A stretch of DNA of 64,000 nt, taken from Chrysomallon squamiferum. Lineage: Eukaryota; Animalia; Mollusca. The position numbers and the translations under genes are program-made. Within the stretch, counting starts at the first letter, position 1. Each line of letters begins with the position of its first letter. The DNA lies in NCBI GenBank assembly GCA_012295275.1, contig CM022672.1:16864001-16928000 (forward strand), in the 5' to 3' direction. The notes below the pieces were generated by a model. The model did no database searches and was not told the origin of the DNA. It saw nothing but the letters and a program-made list of their open reading frames with translations. Below, piece by piece: positions 51,612 through 64,000 of this stretch.

Positions 51612-52689
51612 CTGGATTAATGATGACTGAAAAAGAACAACATCTTTCACTTTACATTGCAAAAAATGTACATACAATGATATAAACGTTAATCATAAGA
51701 AAGAGGAAATGCCGTTCAAAATATTAATCACAAAAGGAAAAGTAAGGAAGCATGCATGACAAATCACTGTTTTTAAATAGTTATGTCCGCACCTCTACAT
51801 AAAGAGTACGCATCTGTAGTAAGCGTAGATACTAAAAAGTATTTTATCTGGATCAGATGAAAGAACGATAACAACTTAGTCCCGCTCGAATTTAGATACA
51901 GTGCATTACAGTTCAATAATAATAAAAATATAAAAAATATATAAAAAAAAAAAAAAAGACGAAGAAGAAGAAGAAAAAATAGTCTTTTGGGTCGAATTCA
52001 CGTCTTAATAAAAATTATATGTCATTCGGTTTTACTCGTGTTCGTTCGTCATATCCGTTAACTACAGAAATTACATTTAATAAATTTAAACTTGTTTAGT
52101 CATTTATAATATTACGTGGACAATTACCATACGCACAGCGCCATAATTAATGTAGGCGTTGGGAAGGTTGCGTGGTTTAAATATGTTTGTATCGTTTTAA
52201 GAACTTCATTAAGGCGTAGGCGATGTCTTTACTACAGCTCCATTCATTAGAGTGCGACTATGACGTCATTCTTTCGCTCAGTTAAACCGATTTCTGATCG
52301 ATCGATACGTGGAAAACTAAAACGAGAGGATTTGACCGCTTTCTTACCGGGGCATGCCCTTTGCTTGTAGGTCACGTGGTGCTTAGCTGTAGACATTTCG
52401 TGACCGATAACACTAGAAATAGGTCCCAGTGACACAGATTTCGTTTAACAGGAGCCTACTAAACAATACAGAATGGTGGTTTTGCTATGTAAGTTTAGGA
52501 CCTACTGGCGATGGAAAATTTTGATGTATCGTGTGAACCTTTTGTAGCGAAATTCTCTAAATAACACATCCGTAAGTTCCAGGTTTCGTTTGAAAAATTC
52601 GTATCAACTGAACGTAACCTATTTAGATTGAATGCTTTAACTGTACTCTCTTATTTCGCTAAATTAGAAAAGGACATTTTGTGTTTTTA

Positions 52690-52910
52690 GGAAGAAAGAA
52701 GATATTTAATTTATCAATGAATTCAACACATTTCGGTTATACTGGACTACATTGATAATGAGAGAAAAACTGCTTTTACAATGAGCTATTGTTCTTTTTC
52801 GAAATCATATCTGATAGCCATTTTATATATGCCCCTTTCCATAGAAGCAAGAGGATATTGTGTGTATCATGGTTTTTGATAATTAACAGCAGTAGTCTGA
52901 GCAGAAAATG
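52690..52910 (+). mobile_element. Highly decayed copy of a dispersed SINE-like repeat
   Basis: Shares ordered blocks with 54720-54960 and 56070-56310: ...tcaacacattt...gagagaaaaac...ttttatatatgc.cc.ttcca.ag. The family resembles an abundant gastropod repeat recalled from memory and not verified. Confidence 0.4.
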
Positions 52911-53219
52911 GTTTTGAAATTATACTGTGTGTCTTTAGTAACATTCACCCTCTTACTCATATTCTGAACGTAACTGTTACTATCAGAGGTTTAACCTGTT
53001 ATTCGTTAAGATTTTCCTCGTTGACAATTATTATTACTATTTGCGGTAGTTCCAATTTTAGATTCTTATCTTAATTACAATGACCGTAGTCACTTGCAAC
53101 TGTCTGCCAGAAATATAGGATACCGCCTACTCATTCTGCTTTTTAACTATGAGATAATTAAGTAGTAGTTTTTTCTTTATTAGTAGATGTATTCGGAATA
53201 ATAATAATAAACAACAACA

Positions 53220-53366
53220 ACTATAATAATCGTAGTAGTAATAGTAGTAGTAGTAGAAGTAGTATATTAGTAGTAGTAATAATAATAATAGCAGTACTAG
53301 AAGAAGAAACAGTAGCAGTAATAGTAGTGGTTGTAGTAATAGCAGTAGTATTATTAGTAGTAGTTA

Positions 53367-53404
<38 letters not shown>

Positions 53405-53406
53405 AT
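53220..53406. repeat. (AGT)n/(AAT)n degenerate trinucleotide tract
   Basis: Direct reading. Confidence 0.9.
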
Positions 53407-54719
53407 ATGAGGGCCGGCCCTATGGTTTTAAAACCGGCGCCAGGGCTGTCAATTCTTTTTCACTGTTTAATCCTGTAACATTAACAATTAATAATCACAT
53501 TCTCGACAATTAGATTGCACTGAAGAATTTTCGCTTTTTATTTTATTTTTTTTAAAATTATTTTAACACTTTTCACTTTATATTTTGAAGTTCGCAAATA
53601 AACGAGTCGACGCCGTCTGTAATGTAGGGCGAATACTGGTCTTGTCTAGTCCTTCAGCCTATCCTGATTAATAATAATACAAGTAAATAACAGCACAGTA
53701 ACAACATTAACAGCAACATCAACAACAACAATGATGATAACAACAACAACAACAACAACAATAATAATAATAATAATAAAATAAATAATATTTACATAGT
53801 ACTGAGGGATTGCAGGTATTTATATAACGCCTATGTTATATTAATGTATACATACAAACGTACATGTAAATGTATATCATGGAGACATGAGTCATGATGC
53901 TCTGACTGATATGTAAACTAATCCGGCGGCTTCAGCAAGGAGATGTAACACAATCCCTGATTTAGGGTGGGTCCCAGTGTGATGACTTCTCCAGTGCGGT
54001 GATACTCAAAACCTTCTCAGCGTTAAACATGTTGAGGCTTGAAGACATTTTAACAACGAAACAGTTACTTCATTCGTTCATATCTATTAAATCTCTCAGT
54101 GACAGAAAGACTCGTGCTTTATACCATATCTGTTACAATCCCAGAGAAATAACCTAGAACAGTATTAACGATTTCGTTTGTTGCAATCGTTGCATTACAT
54201 GAAATACCGTTTCACGCTCACCCCCTCAATAACAAGCACACCTAAACAGATCCGCTCCTGCGATCAAACGACCCATTATGTTTCATCAGAACACGAACCC
54301 ACTCCCTATAAGCGTCGAATTCGTGACTAAAAAGAACATAGATGAAACAATAACCTCATTATTAAGGTGCAGAGAAATATAACGGTAATTGTTAAGGTAT
54401 TTATAACTGTGACCATGCAAGCGTGCAAAGTTAGCTCCACGACTTATTTTAACAAATGTTTTTTTGGCTAGTGCTTTTAAATCTAATTTTGAGACTATCG
54501 ACTGCACTCGCTGGACATTGATTGCACTGTAGTTTATTTTGAAGACCGCAAACTAATGTTCACCTTTCTGTGATTAAAAAAATATTTAATCATTCACTTT
54601 AAAAATTAAAAAATTAAAAATTAAAAAAAAAAAGAGTAGAAGAAAAAGATATGATATATCGTAAGATTTCTGGGTAGTATACTCAAGAGGCGTGAAAAAA
54701 AAAAAAAAAAAAGACTGGA

Positions 54720-54960
54720 TGAAAACTGAATTTAACGATTCGCTCAACATAATTTATTTTGCATCTGTGGTTACAAAGCATATAGCACATATATACATAT
54801 AAATGAGTCTACAAATCACACAGATGTAACAGGGAACCCTCTGTTGCTGCGCTATGTGTGTGTTATTCTGTTTTGATTAGCAACAAGTTTTCTCGCGTAT
54901 GCTGCTTATCATAGTTGGGAAAATACATAAATTTAGAAGCCTTTTATGGAAAGGCATATA
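54720..54960 (+). mobile_element. Decayed copy of the same SINE-like repeat
   Basis: tttaacgattcgctcaacataatttattt...cacacagat...agggaaccctctgttgc...ttttgattagcaacaag. Confidence 0.45.
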
Positions 54961-55185
54961 GCTCATTAAGATAAAAAAAATTATTAAAAAAAAGAAGTTC
55001 GCGATAAATAAATAGATACATTTAATAAAACTAATGACATATATTTAGCAATATTTTCATTTTTATTAATATTATTTTCAAAAAGATAAAATCGAATATG
55101 AAACTGAATATAATTTAATTTCATTTCTTTCTTTCTTCTTTTTCTTCATCATCATCATCATCTTAATCTTCTTCTTCTTCTTCTT

Positions 55186-55216
<31 letters not shown>

Positions 55217-55440
55217 AATGGTGCAATATCTTAGAATTTTACAAGTTAGTTTTATACCAGTAAAATGGACTAATGGAAGAACCAGGAAACTCCATAATGA
55301 TAAAAACCATGACGAGACTCTAGTATAAAAATAAATGTACTGAATTACAAATAAACAAATAAATAAATAAATATAAACATAAAAATAAATAAATATATAT
55401 ATAAATAAAATAAAAATTTAAAAAAAATAAAATACAGTAA

Positions 55441-55487
<47 letters not shown>

Positions 55488-55649
55488 AGTAAGTAAATAA
55501 ATAAAATAAATAAAAATAAAATAAAATAAAATAAAATTTAAATTGTTGCGGTGAAAATGGGAATTCTCATTGTCTGTAAGGGATCTTTGTTTAAAATGTC
55601 TTTGTTTTCAAACACCGACGTCTGACTCATTACAAGAAGAAAAAACCCA

Positions 55650-55663
55650 CCAGCAGATGGCAC
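55650..55663 (+). promoter_or_regulatory. CTCF-consensus site
   Basis: CCAGCAGATGGCAC fits CCASYAGRKGGCRS at all 14 positions. An AP-1 site TGACTCA lies at 55623-55629. Confidence 0.5.
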
Positions 55664-56069
55664 TCGACATCCTTAACGAAATAAAGAAACCAGCCACGGG
55701 TCCACAACTGTTTATAGGTGGGGGACGGCAGATATTTAACATTTGTTATTAGATGGGTTATTAGTTGGGAAGCTAAATGATATCTATTTATATGACATTA
55801 CGAAAACAAAATGCTTCTTAAATTTGTTAAAAAAAAAATTAAGAAAAAAAAGTTTGACATGCTATTTTTTATAACTGAAAACATGTTACGGTTGTTGTTT
55901 AAAACGATGCAGCATTTAAAATCTGATATTGTCCAAAGTACACTGTTCTGTGAGTAGTCTAGCAGTCTCACACTCTACTTAACTGACACAGTGATAAATC
56001 AGACATACAAATATTTTAACAACAGAGTATTTATTCAATATTGTATTAAAAATTAAATAAAATTAAATG

Positions 56070-56310
56070 AAAGACATGCTTCACTTAAGGACGCGTTTGA
56101 TCTGCGGTTGTATGGCGTACATAAGGTTACGATCGCTGCAAATTAGTAGAAAGTGATTTTTAGTTTTATTTGTTTATGTGCACCTTTCCAAAGGCAGGTA
56201 TTATTCACTCGACTCGGCCTTGGACCCAGACTGGTGGAGCACTCACTCGAATTGATCCTGGGATGTATCAGTTTTCAGCCATACGTTCTAACCGCTCAGT
56301 TACACAAGCC
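56070..56310 (+). mobile_element. Decayed copy of the same SINE-like repeat
   Basis: cggttgtatggcgtacataaggtta...tttatgtgcacctttccaaaggcagg...cggccttg...ccag.ctggtggagcact...gttctaaccgctcagttaca. Confidence 0.45.
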
Positions 56311-57165
56311 GTCCGCTTTGCTGATACAAACAAGGATGAGTCCAGGTGTCGGATGACGATTATGGTACGGAAATGAAACAATTTTAGAAATAAAATGTGA
56401 GGTGTATTTTCTTTTCTTTCATAATTTATAGATAGAAGATTCGGGTCTACACCTCTAATCCGTGAATATAATTTTTAAATTTATTTTTCATGCTTTCTTT
56501 TTTGTTTTCTTATTTTGGTGTGTGTGTGTTTTTGTGTTTTTTCGACTTATTGTTATTTTTTCCTTTTTGTGGGTGTTGTTGGTTTGTTTTATTTTTTATA
56601 TGTTATTATTATTATTTTTTTAAACCAAAAAATAAATTAATAATAGCCGCAGCAGTGACCTGACTCTCACCTTAAATCAGCTAGTATGATGTCCCTAGAG
56701 TGACACCCGAAGACTGACCTTTAACCTCTCTCACAATGGTTTTGTATGGCACGGCTATTGGGGTGGAGTCGAGTGACCGAGGCACTGAGACAGAAAATAT
56801 AGTCAAGGTTGTTTTTTAAATTTAAAGTTTAAATCGACTGGCGTTCCTTTTATGATTTCGTTTTTTGCTGAACTGTTGATCTCAGAGTATTAAAGGACAT
56901 TGCTGATTGTATACGATGCTGTACTAGATTATTCATTTATTTATTATTTAATTTTTAAAAAGTCTATATAAGTAAATCAAACAGAACTGTCTGGCTGGAC
57001 TGGGAAACAACGAGACAGACATGTAAAAATAGATACCTATAATTAATGTATTAAATAACAGTTCACGCACACAAACACAACATGCTATATAAAAACATAT
57101 ACTAACAGTTCACGCACACACTCGCAAACAAACACACACAAACACATCACACACATACACACATA

Positions 57166-57265
<100 letters not shown>

Positions 57266-58170
57266 GAGAACTCTTATTAAAACAATTTGTTAGTTATTTC
57301 AGAAACGCCTGTCATACGTCATACATATTACGTGAATGGAAACAAGGACTCTTTTGGGGAATTAACTAGCAAGATAATCCATTAACTGATAGAGTTCATT
57401 ATTCTGTTAAATAATATTGTTCAGTATATTTTAGAACAAAGGGGATTAATACTCGGGTGCGTTTAATTAAAGTAAACAAATGTTTCTATGGCACTGACGA
57501 GACACCTGCCATGCCTTTGTACCTAACTATCGATGACGTAATAAGTTTGTCACGCCGAGGAACAAGTCAATACCACAACCTTTGACGTACACGGTCTCCT
57601 AGCAACGTCTGATCTTTACAGTGGACAATCAGTTCGCATATTTGCTCGACGCACCTGAATAATATGTAATGTTAGGTGAAGTCGTGATGCTAATGCTCAC
57701 CGTGGATGAAACAAGGGGCAGAGGGATGAATTTGAATACTGGCATGAGTAAAATAGGTTACTTAAGATGGAGGTTTTAGTAATTCCATTTACTGTATGTG
57801 TTTTTGTCAATGTTTTCTGTATGTATGCGTGTGTATGTTTGAGTATAATTTTTATTCTCTAGTTCTCTTTATTCCTCTGTATCATATAATTATGCCTGTA
57901 TGTATGTGTATATGTGTGTGTATGTGTGTATGTGTGTGTTAGCACGCGATCGTTTAATTTTTATTCCTTAACATCTCCCACTGTATCTACCATTTTTTTT
58001 TTCTCTAAATATATAATTTCCACAAGATTTTGTCTCAGAATAATATCTAAGCTAACGAATATTAAAATGTCAAAAGGTTAACTTAAATTAATATATAAAA
58101 CTTGTTTATGATGTTCATAAATACTGGGTTAGCAAATTAATCTGTGATTTTTAAATTAAGGGCTTTGGAT

Positions 58171-58229
<59 letters not shown>

Positions 58230-58680
58230 ATACAAAGAAAGAATGTGTGTAAACACAAACATACGTACATGTATACTATCATATATTTCTTGAAAAAGCA
58301 CATCGTTTCTTTTGCTAATACTGTTTTTCAAAATCTTCTTCGGTATTATTTTATTGTGTTGGGCGACCTATACTCGTTCCTAATAAAGTGTGACAATAAA
58401 ATAAAACTGTTAAAAGCTATTTAAAGGTGTTCACTCTCACACATTTCTCTGTCAACCACAACAAAATAATCCGATATTTTTTTTTTTTTTTTTTTTTTTT
58501 TTCTTTTACTCTTCCTCTCGTTTCATTCAGCTTAAAATAATTGTATTCATATAAAATAATTTTATTGGTCTTTTCTGCGAACCATTAGACACTTGAAGGA
58601 GCATTGCTTATGAAGCTTATGTTGCTGTTGTCATAAACAGTTCCGTATTGCTTACGTTTACGCATTTAAAACCTAATCTA

Positions 58681-58985
58681 CAGTCGTGGTTTAAATTCTA
58701 GGATATAAAATAATCTCAGTTTTTAAATAAAATGGTTTAAATCCAAACAGATGGATCACTGATTCTAAAAGGATGACATCTTTTTCTGTTACATATAAGC
58801 TGGCAAAATTGAGTGTTTACTTCGGCAGTTAGAAATAGTTCTTAAAAACCACTGAAATCTAGATTAAATATTGAAACATCAGCTGAGAATAATTTCTGTT
58901 AAAACATTTTTGCTGTTATTATTATTTTTTCTCTATTTTTTTTTTCTTAATTTGGGCTGGTTGTCCTAAACGTTTGGCCACGCTG
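58681..58985. mobile_element. Tc1/mariner-type MITE (copy in duplicated unit 1)
   Basis: TA|CAGTCGTGGTTTAAATTCTAGGATA at the left end and TGTCCTAAACGTTTGGCCACGCTG|TA at the right end: imperfect TIRs with TA target duplication, 305 bp, non-coding. Confidence 0.75.
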
Positions 58986-59276
58986 TATATAATTATTATC
59001 AAATATAGAAACGTAAACCATTAGTATTTTAGTAATAAATTTACAAAAAATCTTTTCTTTTCACCAATTTCATGTATATTACTGTTATTGATGGGTTTTT
59101 TCTACAATATTCTGTAACCATAGATACAAGAAAGGTGCATACTATTAATGAATAACAATTTTGCCGCTCCCAGATTAACAGTTATGGTGGGGTTTTTGAC
59201 GTCCTGTCAGTGTATCTTTACTTTAAAATTTGTTATTTTTATTGAACACTTAAAGATCAGTATCCTCCCCAAAGAC

Positions 59277-59537
59277 CAGGGCATGTGAGAGGGAGGTCCT
59301 GCTGGTACGATGTTCCGGGGCACACGAGCTAAGAAAGGCCCCACGGCAACCAAGCGTTAATTGAATATATTTGTTACATTATGTTATATCTGATCACGGA
59401 AATAAAGCAGTTATGATAGTTTACATGTAGATTTTACTGGACATCAAATCCTCAAATTTGAGAAAAATCTTTGCCTGCCTCGGGGCTCCAAAGAAGTCTT
59501 GTACCTCCTTGCAAAATTTCTTCTCTTTGAGGCCCTG
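59277..59537. mobile_element. hAT-type (Tip100-like) MITE (copy in duplicated unit 1)
   Basis: Ends CAGGGC...GAGAG and CTCT...GCCCTG. The 8-bp flanks ccaaagac and ccaaactc match at 6 of 8, consistent with a decayed hAT TSD. GC-rich subterminal blocks are present. Confidence 0.65.
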
Positions 59538-60349
59538 CCAAACTCCATCATCATAAATTTCACGAAATCAACCATTTTGTCTGATTTTCAGTTTTTTTTA
59601 ATTTATAATCACATCATTACATCACTATCATCATTGTCATCATCATCATCATTTACCCACATTTAATCAGTATCCCTCTACCATCATCATCACAATCTTA
59701 ATCTTAATCTACCTCATATTAATCGGAATGGCATGTGGTTAGAAATCGATCGATCACATAGTGTTTCAGTCTGGCCAAAGTATTTTAGAAATAAATATGT
59801 ATAGCTTTTATAGGATACACCGTTCCCTCTCTCTCTACTACCCATGTTGAACAACATAATCATCGAGAACCTCGTTTTCAAAGAAACGTTTCCTCCTCCA
59901 AATAAATTCCCTAAATCTGAAATAAACAATTAAAACAATTTTCGATTAGCTATTTTCGACATACAAAACCAAAATTATTAGATGCTGGGGTCATTTTTGA
60001 AGTAATATTATTACAACATTTCTTTAATTTAAACTGTCCTGATTCTTAAAAAAAATCAATTTTATGTTTACGTCACAGAAAATATTAATAGGCTTTAACA
60101 AAATGTGTATATATTACATTTTTTTTTTTTTTTTTTTTTTTTTAAATCCTCGAAATGTACAGCATGGACAGAATCCGAGCCTTAATCATGATACATCTTT
60201 CTCTCTGCAGTAAACATATATATATATTCTTATATAAATACCAAAAAAAAAAAAAAAAGAAACCCACCCTCAAAAACCAAAAACAAAAAAAAGCCCGAGT
60301 AACTAAAGCATAAAAAAACTGCTCTAATATACTGAATTTGTTATATTAA

Positions 60350-60383
<34 letters not shown>

Positions 60384-60692
60384 GATAGTTAGAGTACTAT
60401 CTTCTGTCAGTTTGTACTAAAACATTCTTATTTCATCTTATTCAAAATATGAAAGTTTATGTTAAACAGTAATTCGTTACAGTTACAAAAAGACTGGGGT
60501 GACTTCCCAATATTCGTCAGATTATATATAATATTTGTAGAAACACATAAATTACAGGCCTATACTGTGTCAAAATACGTCATGAAAAATAGGATCGGCA
60601 CTTTATTTGTTTTATCTTTATAATGTATTTCAGTAATAAAGAGAATGAGGAAGTGTTGATTCAAAGCCAGCTAAACAGATGGAGAGAGAGAG

Positions 60693-60790
<98 letters not shown>

Positions 60791-61248
60791 ATAAATAGAA
60801 AGAATGTGTGTAAACACAAATACGCAGAAACATACGTACATATATACTATCATATATTTCTTGAAAAAGCTCGTTTCTTTTGCTAATACTGTTTTTCAAA
60901 ATCTTCTTCGGTATTATTTTATTGTGTTGGGCGACCTATACTCGTTCCTAATAAAGTGTGACAATAAAATAAAACTGTTAAAAGCTATTTAAAGGTGTTC
61001 ATTCTCACACATTTCTGTCAACCACAACAAAATAATCCGATATTTTTTTTTTTTTTTTTTATCAGTTTTCTTCTTACTTTTCCTCTCGTTTCATTCAGCT
61101 TAAAATAATTTTATTCATATAAAATAATTTTATTGGTCTTTTCTGCGAACCATTAGACACTTGAAGGAGCATTGCTTATGAAGCTTATGTTGCTGTTGTC
61201 ATAAACAGTTCCGTATTGCTTACGTTTACGCATTTAAAACCTAATCTA

Positions 61249-61553
61249 CAGTCGTGGTTTAAATTCTAGGATATAAAATAATCTCAGTTTTTAAATAAAA
61301 TGGTTTAAATCCAAACAGATGGATCACTGATTCTAAAAGGATGACATATTTTTCTGTTACATATAAGCTGGCAAAATTGAGTGTTTACTTCGGCAGTTAG
61401 AAATAGTTCTTAAAAACCACTGAAATCTAGATTAAATATTGAAACATCAGCTGAGAATAGTTTCTGTTAAAACATTTTTGCTGTTATTATTATTTTTTCT
61501 CTATTTTGTTTTTCTTAATTTGGGCTGGTTGTCCTAATCGTTTGGCCACGCTG
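61249..61553. mobile_element. Tc1/mariner-type MITE (copy in duplicated unit 2)
   Basis: Same TIRs and TA flanks as 58681-58985. Confidence 0.75.
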
Positions 61554-61844
61554 TATATAATTATTATCAAATATAGAAACGTAAACCATTAGTATTTTAG
61601 TAATAAATTTACAAAAAATCTTTTCTTTTCACCAATTTCATGTATATTACTGTTATTGATGGTTTTTTTCTACAATATTCTGTAACCATAGGTACAAGAA
61701 AGATGCATACTATTAATGAATAACAATTTTGCCGCTCCCAGATTAACAGTTATGGTGGGGTTTTTTACGTCCTGTCAGTGTATCTTTACTTTAAAATTTG
61801 TTATTTTTATTGAACACTTAAAGATCAGTATCCTCCCCAAAGAC

Positions 61845-62105
61845 CAGGGCATGTGAGAGGGAGGTCCTGCTGGTACGATGTTCCGGGGCACACGAGCTAA
61901 GAAAGGCCCCACGGCAACCAAGCGTTAATTGAATATATTTGTTACATTATGTTATATCTGGTCACGGAAATAAAGCAGTTATGAGAGTTTTCATGTAGAT
62001 TTTACTGGACATCAAATCCTCAAATTTGAGAAAAATCTTTGCCTGCCTCTGGACTCCAAAGAGGTCTTGTACCTTCTTGCAAAATGTCTTCTCTTTGAGG
62101 CCCTG
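61845..62105. mobile_element. hAT-type MITE (copy in duplicated unit 2)
   Basis: Same ends and flanks as 59277-59537. Confidence 0.65.
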
Positions 62106-63225
62106 CCAAACTCCATCATCATAAATACAAGAAATACACCATTTTGTCTAATTTTCAGTTTTCTTATTTATAATCACATCATTACATCACTATCATCATT
62201 GTCATCATCATCATCATTTACCCACATTTAATCAGTATCCCTCTACCATCATCATCACAATCTTAATCTTAATCTATCTCATATTAATCGGAATGGCATG
62301 TGGTTAGAAATCGATCGATCGCATAGTGTTTCAGTCTGGCCAAAGTATTTTAGAAATAAATATGTATAGCTTTTATTGGATACACCTTTCCCTCTCTCTC
62401 TACTATCCATGTTGAACAACATAATCATCGAGAACCTCGTTTTCAAAGAAACGTTTCCTCCTCCAAATAAATTCCCTAAATCTGAAATAAACAATTAAAA
62501 CAATTTTCCATTTGCTATTTTCGACATACAAAACCAAAATTATTAGATGCTGGGGTCATTTTTGAAGTAATATTATTACAACATTTACTTTAATTTAAAC
62601 TGTCCTGTTTCTTAAAACAAATCAATTTTATGTTTACGTCACAGAAAATATTAATAGGCTTTAACAAAATGTATATATATTACATTTTTTTTTTTTTTTT
62701 TTTTTTCCTCGAAATGTACAGCATGGACAGAATCCGAGCCTTAATCATGATACATCTTTCTCTCTGCAGTAAACATATATATATATATTCTTATATAAAT
62801 ACCAAAAAAAAAAAAAAAAAAAAAAAAAAACCCACCCTCAAAAACCAAAAACAAAAAAAGCCCGAGTAACTAAAGCATAAAAAAATGCTCTAATATACTG
62901 AATTTGTTATATTATTATTATTATTATTACCGATAGTTAGAGTACTGTCTTCTGTCAGTTTGTACTAAAACATTCTTATTTCGTCTCATTCAAAATGTGA
63001 AAGTTTATGTTACACAGTAATTCGTTACAGTTACAAAAACAATGGGGTGACTTCCCAATATTCGTCAGATTATATATAATATTTGTAGAAACACATAAAT
63101 TACAGGCCTATACTGTGTCAAAATACGTCATGAAAAATAGGATCGGCACTTTATTTGTTTTATCTTTATAATGTATTTCAGTAATAAAGAGAATGAGGGA
63201 GTGTTGATTCAAAGCCAGCTAAACA

Positions 63226-63308
<83 letters not shown>

Positions 63309-63804
63309 AAATGACTTTATCAGTAATTTATTTTCAGCTTTAAAGTTATATTATTCATGATTTGTTTTGCTCTTTCCACTGAAATCCAAACAAATAACTG
63401 TTTCTTTTGTATTCGCCACCTTTCTGTTCAGTTTTCGTAGTATCGACGACTACTGCCGAGAAGGCCCGAATCAAAATGGGATTGTGAAAGGCATCTCATT
63501 GATCTGTTTACGAATTCGCAACCTTTCGTTGATAGCCTAGACTAATAATTTGCTGGAATTGATTTCATAGAAATAGCAGACGTGTTTTTGTGAGAGAGAG
63601 ATAAAAAAACAAATCTTTTGTTATGCATCTGAAATACGTCATCAGTGACAGAATTCATTTTGCTGGGTTCATCTCGATTACGTAAATATAAAATTATTCG
63701 CTTTTCGGGAAGAATGATCTATATTATTATGCAAGATGAATTATTTGTATATGGAGCTAAGGTAAACTGTTGAATAGAGTGCACTGATTAAACCCAGATT
63801 ATTT

Positions 63805-63842
<38 letters not shown>

Positions 63843-64000
63843 ACAATATAAATACCCCAACACCGAACAATTATAAAAAAAAAAACCCAAAAAACAAAAC
63901 AAACACGAACAACAACAACAAATTATCTACTTACTTTTTTATGTTGTTTTAGTTGGACCTTATTTCTTTTCTTCTTTTTTTTTTTTTTTTTTTTACTGAA

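Larger units (their letters stand above)
58228..63230 (+). repeat. ~2.55 kb direct tandem duplication (copy 1 58228-60682, copy 2 60789-63230)
   Basis: The copies are colinear and near-identical throughout; for example, ORFs 59714-59929 and 62279-62494 differ at only 3 aa. Scattered SNPs and homopolymer or microsatellite length differences are present. (GA)n tracts sit at the left, middle and right junctions. Confidence 0.97.

Noticed and set aside
54286-55752. ORFs 54286-54507 and 55570-55752 examined as a possible IER-family gene
   Set aside because: Neither has the IER N-terminal signature (SLxKI...RGG..L.K.LLV), and both use non-ATG starts.
59714-62494. Duplicated 71-aa ORFs 59714-59929 and 62279-62494 as a gene pair
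   Set aside because: Non-ATG start, no splice or domain evidence, and their similarity follows from the recent segmental duplication.

Overview
AT-rich, microsatellite-rich animal genomic DNA. The organism is probably an invertebrate, most likely a gastropod mollusc (inference from composition and repeat types). I assembled six intact spliced protein-coding genes exon by exon, all with GT-AG boundaries and consistent phases: two tandem tetraspanin paralogues (-; 1173-5633 and 7431-11805), QTRT1 (-; 14453-19624), DOLPP1 (+; 20022-26460), CRAT (-; 34037-42620) and PTPA/PPP2R4 (+; 43082-48470). QTRT1/DOLPP1 and CRAT/PTPA are head-to-head pairs with start codons less than 0.5 kb apart. DOLPP1-CRAT-PTPA has the same order and orientation as human 9q34.11. 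The last ~15.5 kb has no recognisable gene. It holds transcription-factor motif clusters, decayed repeats and a ~2.55 kb tandem duplication bounded by (GA)n tracts and containing two MITEs. Most ORFs in the supplied track are microsatellite or antisense artefacts, or exon fragments with intron read-through. No clearly new biological system is provable from the sequence alone. The best leads are the ancient microsyntenic block, dual-targeted CRAT, a long intronic hairpin, divergence of the tetraspanin pair and the GA-bounded duplication.
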